Position numbers and translations under genes: made by a program
Origin: Asterionella formosa
Taxonomy: Eukaryota
Reading direction: 5' to 3'
DNA length: 33,577 nt
Assembly (NCBI GenBank): GCA_002256025.1
Contig: NKIB01000342.1
Location: 1 to 33,577 of the forward strand
In this document: positions 23,938 to 33,577 of the stretch, piece after piece
How the letters are laid out: every line of letters starts with the position of its first letter
Position numbering within the stretch: position 1 is the first letter of the stretch
The notes under the pieces: generated by a model
Told to the model about the DNA's origin: nothing
What the model saw: the letters and a program-made list of their open reading frames with translations, nothing else
Databases searched by the model: none

Positions 23938-24376
23938 GGTTTTCTTAAGTAGACCCCTTGCCGATTTTGGCAATCCCAGGGCAAGAAACCAAGGGGCAAT
24001 TGGCGTAAATTGTATTGCCGAAATGCGAATATAGGAAATATACAGCGAATATAGGAAATATGCAAAATATATTTATATGATAGGCTATAGCAAGCTAAAA
24101 TTGACATTTACACTCGATGAGTGGGCAGTAGGTAAGCGAATGGCGCGACAATAGCTAGTTTGTGAAGTGCCTCAACAATACCCTTCTCGGTGGCTACATG
24201 CCTTCTCGTACACATGTGTACTCGGCTGGGATTGCACTCGTAGGGTGACCTTCTGGCAGTGCTGGGGGCGCCACTTGTACAGTCAACCTACTTGCGCTGC
24301 CCAGCCTGCTCGAACCCACCATGTACCAGTATACTCGCAGGCATCAGACCACCTTGGGCGTGTATTGCCTTTATCA

Positions 24377-24535
24377 AGCAGCAATGGCACTGCCAATACA
24401 ATGTCAGCGACGATGAAAAAGAAGCATTCACGTCACGTAATTTTTGGTACCAGTAGCTACATATCCATATCACTTCAAATATTATTTTAACAATTCTACC
24501 ACAATGATTATCATTTCAGATTGTCACACCATGTT
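24377..24535 (+). repeat. ~158-bp dispersed direct repeat, copy 1 (copy 2 at 25617-25772)
   Basis: Shared blocks AGCAGCAA.GGCAC, GAAAAAGAA.CATT, CACGTCACGTAATTTTTGGTACCAGTA, TAACAATTCTACCAC, ATTGTCACAC.ATGTT. Confidence 0.9.
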
Positions 24536-25477
24536 AAAGTATTACTTTTATTGGACAGATCTATATCCTTAGACAAAGAAGACTATAGATAGTGACATTC
24601 ATTTCTCTTTTGTTTCTATATTCTTGTTTTGAATTTACTAAACTGGTATAGGTTGTTCGGTTTGAACAAACAAACGAGCAATTCAACAAGTGCTGTTTGC
24701 ATTTCTAGAAACATACAATCATAGATAAACCCATGTCTATCTCACACTTACTGACCATAGGTTTATAACCATTGATCATTCATTTCAAACTATTGCTCTT
24801 CCGAAATAGCTTATCGACCAGCTCATTATGGCCGGAGTAACAAGAACGTTGAACATGTGGTTCTTGATGAGAGCTTGGTACATCAAAGTTGACTCATTTG
24901 ACTTTGAGTCATAACTACGTACTAGATGAGCTCACTTTGACAATAGTATAGTGTTGTTATCATTTTCTATGGAGAAATTTTCGTTATTTTCGACATGGTC
25001 AAGCAGGCGGAGATGGCATGATGCAGGATTCTCCAGCCGCGCACAAGAACTACTCAAGCATTTCTGGGAAGACAATAGCAAACCGAAATACTGGTACGTA
25101 TGGTTCAGCGATGAGGTTGCACATTATTGTTCCTGTTTGCGACTGCTTCAAACATTCCAAGAACGACCACCAGTAGTCTACCAGGTACCCGTCGTAGACT
25201 GTTATCCTTGCGTTGAGGTTCGTTGCTTACCGGTAGTAACAGTGCAATGATTTATACTAGCTTCATTTTCTTCATGGTACGAGAACCGTGTATCATCGCG
25301 CCTTCTTCCTCGTTTGTGTGGGTACCAGAGGGTACCTGGTACCAGCGTATGTAGCAGGTACCTACTCCATCTGGTTGAAAACAATTGTGTCATACACCCC
25401 AGGTATTTTGTACCAGGACCAACTCTTGTCTTTGGACCACCTCCATGATGCCGGCCAGCCAACTCAAGGCCCATCAG

Positions 25478-25961
25478 ACGTCAACTACCGGTAACAGTAA
25501 TGCTTCTCCAGGTACATGGTGCCGTACAAGTCTGGTTCTGGTGTTCAGTGGGAGTACTAACCATGTACCTTGTACTGGTACCCGACCTGGTACCAGGTAA
25601 CTAGGTAAACCGAGCCAGCAGCAACGGCACACCACCAATACGTCAGTCACGAAGAAAAAGAACCATTGCGCACGTCACGTAATTTTTGGTACCAGTACTT
25701 ATAGTAGAAATATATAATTTATCGGTAACAATTCTACCACCGCAATTACCATTTGAATTGTCACACAATGTTGTCAGATAATTTTTAAAAGCATCACGTC
25801 ACTATCTGCCGACTGCCGTCGCTCGCGTCGGATTGCTCTAATTCGGCATCATTGACGCTTCACCGGCAGGCACCTCTTCTTCGAATTGCTGTCCAGTATT
25901 AAAATCGGGTGTTGCTCATTCAGTTCATCAGATCAGATCAAAACCTTTGAAAATTACGTCA
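25478..25961. promoter_or_regulatory. Cluster of five ACGTCA (TGACGT, aureo-box/bZIP-type) sites upstream of the plastid-targeted gene
   Basis: ACGTCA at 25478, 25640, 25672, 25796 and 25956, all in the same orientation and within ~570 bp of ATG 26042. The regulatory function is inferred. Confidence 0.5.
25617..25772 (+). repeat. ~156-bp dispersed direct repeat, copy 2
   Basis: Colinear match to 24377-24535. Confidence 0.9.
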
Positions 25962-26041
25962 GTTGTTGCTTCCGTAAAGCAGATCTGATCAGATCAAGAT
26001 TGCTGATCGCAGATCGCTGATCGCTGCAACCCTCGTGACGA

Positions 26042-27839
26042 ATGAAACTCTTTGCCATCTTCGCGACTCTACTTCTCCGGTACAATCTATCAAATGGATT
26101 CGATATGCGCTCTTGGAGCGCTTCCAAAGACTCCATTCCAGCGGCCATTGGGAACACGGCGCTTCAAAAAGTTCAGCAACTCGCAGGGCAGGTTGCCCAA
26201 CGGAGGAAGCGAGGCGAAGCTCCGCAGCCTGTGACTCCGCTCTACCGAGAGGAAATACTGGAGCATAACGCAGGTGACAATGATAGGCTGATGGGAGCAG
26301 GAGGAAACGTCATGACGACGTCGGTTGATCCTGATCAGAAGCAAGTTTGGGCGGCTTTGGCCAACTTGGAACGAGACAGTTGAGTACATTTCTGTCTCTT
26401 GACTAAGTGCAATTTTGTTTGTGTTTTCCACCTGTTTCTTCTGACTTACCCTCATCCACACTCCACTAGTGCAACTGCTAGACAAGCTCACTGGACAAAA
26501 AGCACAACTATCCCCGCTTGAACTCACTTTGTTGATTGGATCTGTACTGGCAGCTGCAACAGGACCCCTAGTCTTGAACGGAGAAATAAAGGAATTCGTT
26601 GCGCCTGCTGCCGCGGCCTGTAAGTAAAATATTGACGGAAAAATAGGCACTATACTTTACCGCATCACATAGTTAACAGTGCATTCTCAACATACCTACA
26701 CAACAGTCTCTGCGGCGATTGGGATTGGCGCGGAATACGCGGGAAAAGTGGCTGTCGCCGACGGAAAAGAAGTTGCCGCACAATCTATTCAATGCGCGGC
26801 AGAATCTGAAGGCTTCCTTGCACAGGCAGAACGAGCAAAGGCAGTGACACCGCTTTGTGTTGGGATTGGAGCGACGGCACTGAGCTTTGCGCTCCTGGTA
26901 CCAGTATTGTTAGCAAGCTTAGCAGTTGAGAAGAACTTGCAGCTTGTGACAGAAGTATATTTATGCTGCCCTCTTGTTGCAGTTCTTTCCGCAGCCGTGT
27001 CTTCTTTGGCATTACAAGAGACAAGATCGTTTTCACAGCAAGCCATTTCGGTGGGTAACAGAAGATTTGCTAAGTCGGGATTGGTCGGACGAACCTGGTT
27101 GTCATCGACAGAACAGATTGAACGAAAAAGCAAAAACGCGGCGCATAAGTGGAAGACATTTGCCTTTTCCGTCCTACCAGCCCCAATATTGGGAGCACTA
27201 GTTCCGGGAGCGTTACCAACGAAAACTATTGTCGTCTCAGCCTTGGCAGCAGCACAGAGTGCATGGTTCTTGGCACAATGCGAACATACCTTATCGCGAG
27301 CCACCGACGCCGTGGCACTAAAAGCCAGATCGGCAGCAGTTTGTGACACTTACGCGAATCAAGGAGCGAGAGCGGCTGCCATCTTGCCATTCACATCAGC
27401 CCTAAGTTCTCTGTGTGCTGCAGCAACAGCTGCCATTGTGGAGTTTCCCTTTATGGAGGAGGTCGCCCTGAAAGGAGGCGTGATTCCCGAAATGTTAATT
27501 GTAGGTCTCTTCCCAACATTTTCTGCCATGTTCGCCGCTGCAGCCTCTGTCAGTAAGGCAAGATGTGAAGTTGACGCCGAAGCGGCAATGCAGGCAGCGT
27601 CGACGCTGGCCCTGGGATACGATGCTGTTGGAGAAGACGACCCCGTTTTGAGACCGCTTCGAGGCGTAATGGATCTGATCAAATTGACTGCTCAATCGTC
27701 GGTCTTGGAACCTCTCAAGAGACGAGTGAAGAATTCTTGGTTTTTGAAGTCGAGTGCTAAGCTTTTATTGTGGTTTCGATATAGAATATTGAATCAACGG
27801 CGACCGCAATCAACTGAGTTGGTGTTGCGAACAACGTAA
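26042..27839 (+). CDS. Predicted plastid-targeted, Ala-rich multi-pass membrane protein of unknown function; 3 exons, ~539 aa
   Basis: Exons 26042-26378 (GACA|GT), 26470-26619 (CTAG| ... T|GTAAGT) and 26707-27839 (ACAG|) total 1620 nt in frame (..LERDMQLLDKL.. and ..APAAAAFSAAIGIG..). Signal peptide MKLFAIFATLLLRYNLSNG followed by F, resembling the ASAFAP cleavage rule; several hydrophobic helices. Confidence 0.85.
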
Positions 27840-28010
27840 CAGTAACATTGCAAATATGTTCTTCTGTCTAGCCTTTTTTACGCTTGCCTTGCACTATGTA
27901 CGAAGAATTCAACAGAGTTGGTGTTGCGAACAACGTAACAGTAACATTGCAAATATGTTATTCTATCTACCCTCTCTTAAGCTTGCCCTGCACTATGTAT
28001 GAAGTATTCA
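27810..28010. repeat. 99-bp tandem duplication of the last codons, stop and 3'UTR
   Basis: TCAAC.GAGTTGGTGTTGCGAACAACGTAACAGTAACATTGCAAATATGTT... at 27810 and 27909. Confidence 0.95.
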
Positions 28011-29021
28011 TTTGCGGTTTAACGTGGTGCAAACAGTTGCCATCACGAAACGACATGTGATGCACCTTAAGTTTGCCAAATATAGAGCAATGCATCAAAT
28101 GACAATGCCCCTAAGGAAGTGATCATTTTTGACGTCGAATTATTCTAGCGATTTGCCAGAAAAAACTTGAGTGTTAAATAATAAAACCCTTTATGAAGGA
28201 GATACCTTTGACTTCCTAATTTTGGGTCATCAACAGTTCAAACCAGAGTTTGTCTTTATCCGCAGTTCTTTTGCCAGCAGTTCTGACGATAAGTACCATT
28301 ATGAGAACGGTGATGAAGCAGCAGGCCCGCTGGTCCTCTCTGGAATAGCTTTGAGCAACCCACACTTTGGGCTATGTTTTTTCTTGTCCAGCATGCAAAG
28401 GGCATGGTTTCTGGTAAATCTACCATTTTGCTACCATGTACGCTATATCATATGCATTTACAATAAAGAAAGGAAATCTTTCAAGTATAGTTCGCCTCAA
28501 GTTGAAACAACATCAGGCGATAGTTTCACAGACTGTAGCAAAGGTATTATGTTATGTACCTCCAAGCTAGAACAACGAGAACTCCACGAAGTCTAAATAA
28601 TTTTGAAATTTAACAAATAAATAACCTGAAAGAGAAATGTGTATCCTCGTCTGTGGCTACATTGTATGAATACAATTTACCAGTATTGGGGTGGTATCAA
28701 CACACTATCCGCACTGACTACAGAAAAACACTTTGTTCCATGCAAGTTGACAAATATAAACTTCAGATATTTGCTCTCCTGAAACAAGTCACTTCGATGT
28801 GATATATGCGGAAACAAGGAGTTAAACGGTGGTGATGAATATTCCTTGTATCCCTTTCTAGTCCACACCTTGAGATGCTTGAAATCAATTGCAATGAGCT
28901 CTGTTGTTGTAGTTTTTAGTATGTTATTAACAATAATGTTACAGGTGAAAGAATGGGCGTCTCTTTGCTCAACGTCACAATCGAATCTTTCCTCTACAAT
29001 GGCAATTCTGACTTTTTTGAT

Positions 29022-29612
29022 TTAGGATCTGAGCTCGTCGATAGAGATTTTCTTTTTTCGTAGAATGCCAACTAACAATGGCTTTGTGCTATTTTCACCG
29101 ACAGGCTGGTGCTGCTGGTCGGTCCCTTCCAGTTGTCCAAGAGCATCGATATCGTCCACCGTCAGACAGAGCAGGTACTGACGCGCGGATCTTCGACGAA
29201 GATTAAGTGCTGCTGCAAACGTAACTCTTTTTGTTCCAGCAAGTCTAAAATCTGAATGTAACGAAGAACACGATGCGGCCACGTCCAGCACAGGTTCATC
29301 ATGATCACATGTCAAAGGTTCAAGACGTTTCGTTAGCGCGATAGGAAATTGATGTGCAGATACGGGGGAAGACCTTGAATGACTTGGTCGTTGAGTTCCA
29401 GCCATCTGATTGTGTGCTAACTTTAGCTCGTCACGTAGTTGCTGAATCAGTGAGGGTTGCTTGTGGTTGTGCTTGACTGGCCAGTTGGAACTGTGGATGG
29501 TACATCCTTGATCATTCCACAGCTTGTTATCGTTGTCTTTTCCCTTGGAACTGGAGAGCGAGGTGAGACCAATAATAGGTTTGCTGTATTCTGGAAGCAG
29601 CAAGTGGTGCAT
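29022..29612 (-). CDS. Hypothetical protein, 196 aa, with KRVTF and GILRK motifs
   Basis: ATG ORF, largely disordered composition, with RVxF-like TKRVTF and SILK/GILK-like GILRKKK. No homology evidence. Confidence 0.5.
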   Translation of the reverse strand: MHHLLLPEYSKPIIGLTSLSSSKGKDNDNKLWNDQGCTIHSSNWPVKHNHKQPSLIQQLRDELKLAHNQMAGTQRPSHSRSSPVSAHQFPIALTKRLEPLTCDHDEPVLDVAASCSSLHSDFRLAGTKRVTFAAALNLRRRSARQYLLCLTVDDIDALGQLEGTDQQHQPVGENSTKPLLVGILRKKKISIDELRS

Positions 29613-30648
29613 TGTTTTGGCTCGACAACTAAGGCAGCGCTATTGTTTGCAAATGGCGATGGTTTTGGCAGAGAGGATCGTTGATGTCTGTTCTGATTAA
29701 ATGAGATGATTCCCATACCGGTGAGAGCAAGATTGTGATTGATAGGAGGCACTAGAAGCTACAGTCCGGAAGTAACTTTTTTGCATTTTATCGCAAAGTG
29801 AAAGAAGCAGTGAAAAGTGCTTCTAGCGGCATCAATACATGATCATGAGCTGTTGGAAAAGGTCTTGGGAAAGTACCGTTTGCAGTAGAAAGGCCCAACA
29901 AGAATACGAAAGCATAAGACAGGACACGTCGAAATTCTACTGTGGAGGATGAGTCGGTTGAGATCATCAAAGATTTAGATTTCGAACTGGCACTCCTTGT
30001 ACATGAACCCAACATGTCACACTCTTAATAGGCCACATCACTCCTTGAATGTCTACATACGCATGCTCAACTTTCGGGAGGAAATGACCCTTTGCAAATA
30101 TGCTAAGCGGTATACTGGTCCCGTTTTAAAAACGGGTTCCCAAAATATAGAGGTAACATGTTCGGAGGTTCTATATAGCTACCAGATTCAAAGACCGCGT
30201 CAAAACGAGGGATCTCTTCTCATGTGCCGTGCACATGATGCATTATCAGAGTGGTGGTGGTTAAACTACCGGTAAGAAAAGGCCCACTGGACGATTTCTG
30301 AACAATTTACTGCATTGATACTGGTAGGGCCTGATATTGCATTGGGTATATGGTGTCCAGAGAATAATAGGGATACAGTACAAATACCGCGCCCACGGAC
30401 GATTTCATCAGGGATCTCTTCTCAGGTGAGCGCAGTACATAGCTGATATTTTGTATCTAACATTAAATGAATCGTTCGAGCAAACAAAGGTTTCAATATT
30501 TAGATGCTATGAGAACTACGTGGAGCATCAGTCAAAGTAAAAAAGCAAGATTGTGGGGCCATTAATGACCCATGATGACTGGTTAAAGGCGACATGTGTT
30601 GTCCCGCTCAGCATTCTGGAAATTCTAATGATTCAAGCAGATACATTT

Positions 30649-30730
30649 GTCTCATCATTGAAATACAAATCGTGAAACTAAAAGGATGGGTCTCATCATT
30701 GAAATAAAAATCGTGAAACTAAAAGAATGG
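30649..30730. repeat. 41-bp tandem duplication
   Basis: GTCTCATCATTGAAATA.AAATCGTGAAACTAAAAG.ATGG at 30649 and 30690. Confidence 0.95.
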
Positions 30731-31020
30731 ATGACTCATCGGCGCCTAATTCTGTTGGTCATCAGCCAGGTTCCCAGTTCTTTCGAGCTCCCCGGAAGTT
30801 TGAAATACCCCTTTCTTTTACCCTTGCTGCCTTCACAGCTCACGAGAAGCCTGGTACCTGGTACCAGCCAGCATATTCCCTGTTTGCTCGAAAATTGATA
30901 TAAATTGATTGAAATCAGCACTTAGTATAATTTACTGGACCTTCCAGCACTCAGACAACAAAAAGAAAACAGCTGGCCGGATTCAACGTTATACATCTAA
31001 GCTTTTTCGAATTTTTGTCT

Positions 31021-31979
31021 AAAGTGACATATTGGGCGCGCTCTGATAATAAAAAATATTATAGCTATCATGTGTGTATTATAACACAAATTATTCTGGT
31101 GATCTGCTACATAATATCGTTCTTGCGTTCTGAAAATAGAGATATTTTAGATTACTTTTCTGACATTAGATATATTTTTAACTTCAATTTTCAGCAGTTA
31201 AATTTTCATATCGAGGCATCCTCTTGTATGCTATGCCGCCTCTTGTTCATTATATGCAGGAGTTCTATATATTCATCATCGTCGGTCACTGACCATGTCG
31301 ACATTCATCTCATCTTCTGATGATGACGATGATGACATTATGATCACATTGCTACTGTTAGCAATGTGCTACCCACCAGTAAATATGACGCCATCGTTCA
31401 GGGAAAGTTTGACTGTTGCTGAGGTCAGAAGAAGAAGTGGCAAAATCCATCGCCACGCACTACAGCATCCATTATCAAGTCCATTCTGGAATTTGTTCAA
31501 AAGCAAATATGATGATGCTCTGATTACCTTGTGTGGGTTCGACCATGCTTCTTTCGAGCTCCTACACCAGCTGTTCAAACCTTGTTTTTATTCCTTAATC
31601 CCTGTAGGAAAAATGCGGATTTCATTTTTAGAAATTCAACAACCAAGAAAGGTCGGCAAAGATACCTCTGTTCCATCAGTTGTCTAGCGCTTGAAATAGC
31701 ATGGACCAGAACTCGCGGTTACTACATGATTCCTCAGATTATTTTCGGACTAACTCATGGTTCATTGAGTGTTTGGTTGAGGTTTTCAAGGCGAATGATT
31801 CAGCACCGGTGTCATCTTCATTCTCGTCGTCATCCTCCTTCTCCTCTTCTTGCTTACCAGGTTTACCAAATTTGGTCAAAACAAACACAAAATTTGGGGT
31901 TATAGGTACAGCGATTTGTGTTATAATGTACATCATATAATAATTTTTAATTATCAGAGCGCCACATTTATGTTACTTT
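31021..31979 (+). mobile_element. Non-autonomous, internally deleted DNA transposon of the PIF/Harbinger (PHIS)-type
   Basis: ~65-70-bp imperfect inverted repeats at 31021-31091 and 31915-31979 (AAAGT.ACAT...GCGCTCTGATAAT.AAAAAT..TTATA...ATTATAACACAAAT) flank a transposase-like fragment. No TSD could be resolved. Confidence 0.75.
31295..31800 (+). pseudogene. N-terminal fragment of a stramenopile DDE_Tnp_4-type (Harbinger-like) transposase, frameshifted and truncated
   Basis: RRRSGKIHRHALQHP..SPFWNLFKSK.DDALITLCGFDHASFELLHQLF, a frame change near 31600-31625, then KKGRQRYL..ISCLAL..AWTRTRG....QIIFGLT..SLSVWLRF.RR. This matches my recollection of the HTH region of diatom/oomycete Harbinger-like transposases; no DDE domain follows. 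Confidence 0.7.
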
Positions 31980-32349
31980 CCTAAAATATTATTTCCCTAC
32001 TTTTTTCGAATTAAACAAAAAATTACTTCATTTATCGAATAATTATGTGATCACATCAATAATCATGTGTGTTTGTGACAATATATGTTGACCAACCAGC
32101 CATTGCGACAGTGTAAAAGCGAAATCATGCTATGCCGCAGCAATATTATGCTTCTTTCACCATGTAATGAACGAAAGTGTTGCCAATTCCGATTACAATA
32201 TTTTTTTCCGCTCCAACAACATATTTCTTTGATCTGAACTGGCAAAGAACAACACATGCAAGAAGAATATGTAGAGTTTAAAATAGCCAGCCAGACTAGA
32301 AATAAAGCATCGTTGGTCCTCATTGAGCATCGTTGAGTCTCGTTGAACC

Positions 32350-32980
32350 TTGCATGTCGCTGTCCGTCTCCTTTTCGGAGCGTCTACAAATAGGAGTCTA
32401 CATCGATATCTCTAGCAAGTACAATGTAGAAAAAGAAGCAAAGGATGATCAGCTTTATATGATTGAATTCGTAAATTTGTTAAGAAACAGCTGTTGCTTA
32501 TTTTATCATGCATGCATTGCATGTCGCTGTAGTAAGTCGAAATAGAGATGTGCCGCAATGACCATCTCCTTTTCGGAGCGGCTATGAATAGTCTACATCG
32601 ATATCTCTATCAAGTACAATGTAGAAAAAGAAGCAAAGGATGATCAGCTTTCTATGATTGAATTCGTAAATTTGTTAAGAAACAGCTGTTGTTTATTTTA
32701 TCATGCATGCATTGCATGTCGCTGTAGTGAGTCGAAATAGAGATGTGCCGCAATGACCATCTCCTTTTCGGAGCGGCTACAAATAGTCTACATCGATATC
32801 TCTAGTAAGTACAATGTAGAAAAAGAAGCAAAAGATGAGTAGCTGTCAACGATTGATATGGAAATTTGCTTAGAAACAGCTTTTGCATATTTTACAGTCA
32901 TTGCATGTCGCCGTAGTGAGTCGAAATAGGGATGTGCTGCAATGGCCTTCTCCATTTCGGATCAGCTAGCTTACATCTAT
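32350..32980. repeat. ~195-bp tandem satellite-like array, ~3.2 units
   Basis: Unit start TCTCCTTTTCGGAGCG at 32367, 32565 and 32760, and a diverged TCTCCATTTCGGA at 32949 (periods 198, 195, 189). Confidence 0.95.
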
Positions 32981-33577
32981 ATTGATAACTTAAGCAAATA
33001 CCGAGGAGATGAGTATCTTCAACTTCATTGAATTCAAACACTCCCTAACGTGTATTTTTTGCAATATTTCGCCTTTTTTCTGCGCATCAGTCAACGCACT
33101 CAAAACATATTTGATGATGTAAATTTACACATACTGATGTCTTAGGGTGATGCACCAGTACCAAAAACAAGGCAACAGCTGCTTCAAAGGTACATCGACA
33201 CTTGCCATCAAGGAGAGCAGATTCCACGAAATGCACTTGCTGCAGCACAGCTTCGCTCCTGATCCTCAGCATGCTGCTGAAGATGCAGGTGATGCTGTGG
33301 CCAATGGGATCGCAATGATCTGACCATTGGACTTGAAAGTTAGAGGAGCATCATGATGGTGGACGGTGCGGCATCTTGAATATATGTTTTTAGTAAAAAG
33401 GTATACCGTATACTTCATTGTCCTGGACCCCCCTGAGGTTGCTGGACCCCCCTGTACATTTTTTTCGAGGTGGCACCAAACACCCAATAATTTTCTAGAC
33501 ATAGACAAAGTAACGTGTTATAATTCTGATTTTTGTGGCGGAAATTGAATGACGCTACCATTATAAACTACCAGTAA

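Noticed and set aside
26090..27695. Long minus-strand ORFs opposite the plastid membrane gene
   Set aside because: Antisense shadows of an Ala-rich coding sequence; splice signals support the plus strand.
28171..28900. Short ORFs 28171-28596 (+) and 28677-28868 (-) as genes
   Set aside because: No ATG-led coherent model or recognisable motif; may be decayed repeat sequence.

Overview
Eukaryotic nuclear DNA, most consistent with a diatom or other ochrophyte. Support: short GT-AG introns, a bipartite plastid presequence, and gene families typical of diatoms; the species cannot be determined. Reconstructed genes: a partial RVxW-motif gene at the left edge, a two-exon double-PHD protein resembling plant HAT3.1/PRH, a four-exon ~1015-aa chromatin protein (CXXC, MBD-like, Tudor-like, CXXC, MBD-like, SET-like), a three-exon CRAL-TRIO-like protein, a coiled-coil protein, a frameshifted 13-unit ankyrin gene with highly similar repeats, a Sulfotransfer_2 carbohydrate sulfotransferase, a three-exon predicted plastid membrane protein, and an RVxF/GILK-like ORF. 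Non-genic content includes a ~960-bp TIR-flanked PIF/Harbinger-type deletion element, many tandem duplications and a CpG-poor decayed block (~13.5-21.4 kb). The most unusual signals are the chromatin protein with duplicated intron positions, a highly iterated palindrome TACCGGTA/TACCWGGTA (at least 19 + 9 copies), five aureo-box-like ACGTCA sites upstream of the plastid gene, and the variable-tip ankyrin array with a slippery-site frameshift. All domain calls come from motif recognition by eye, not from database searches.
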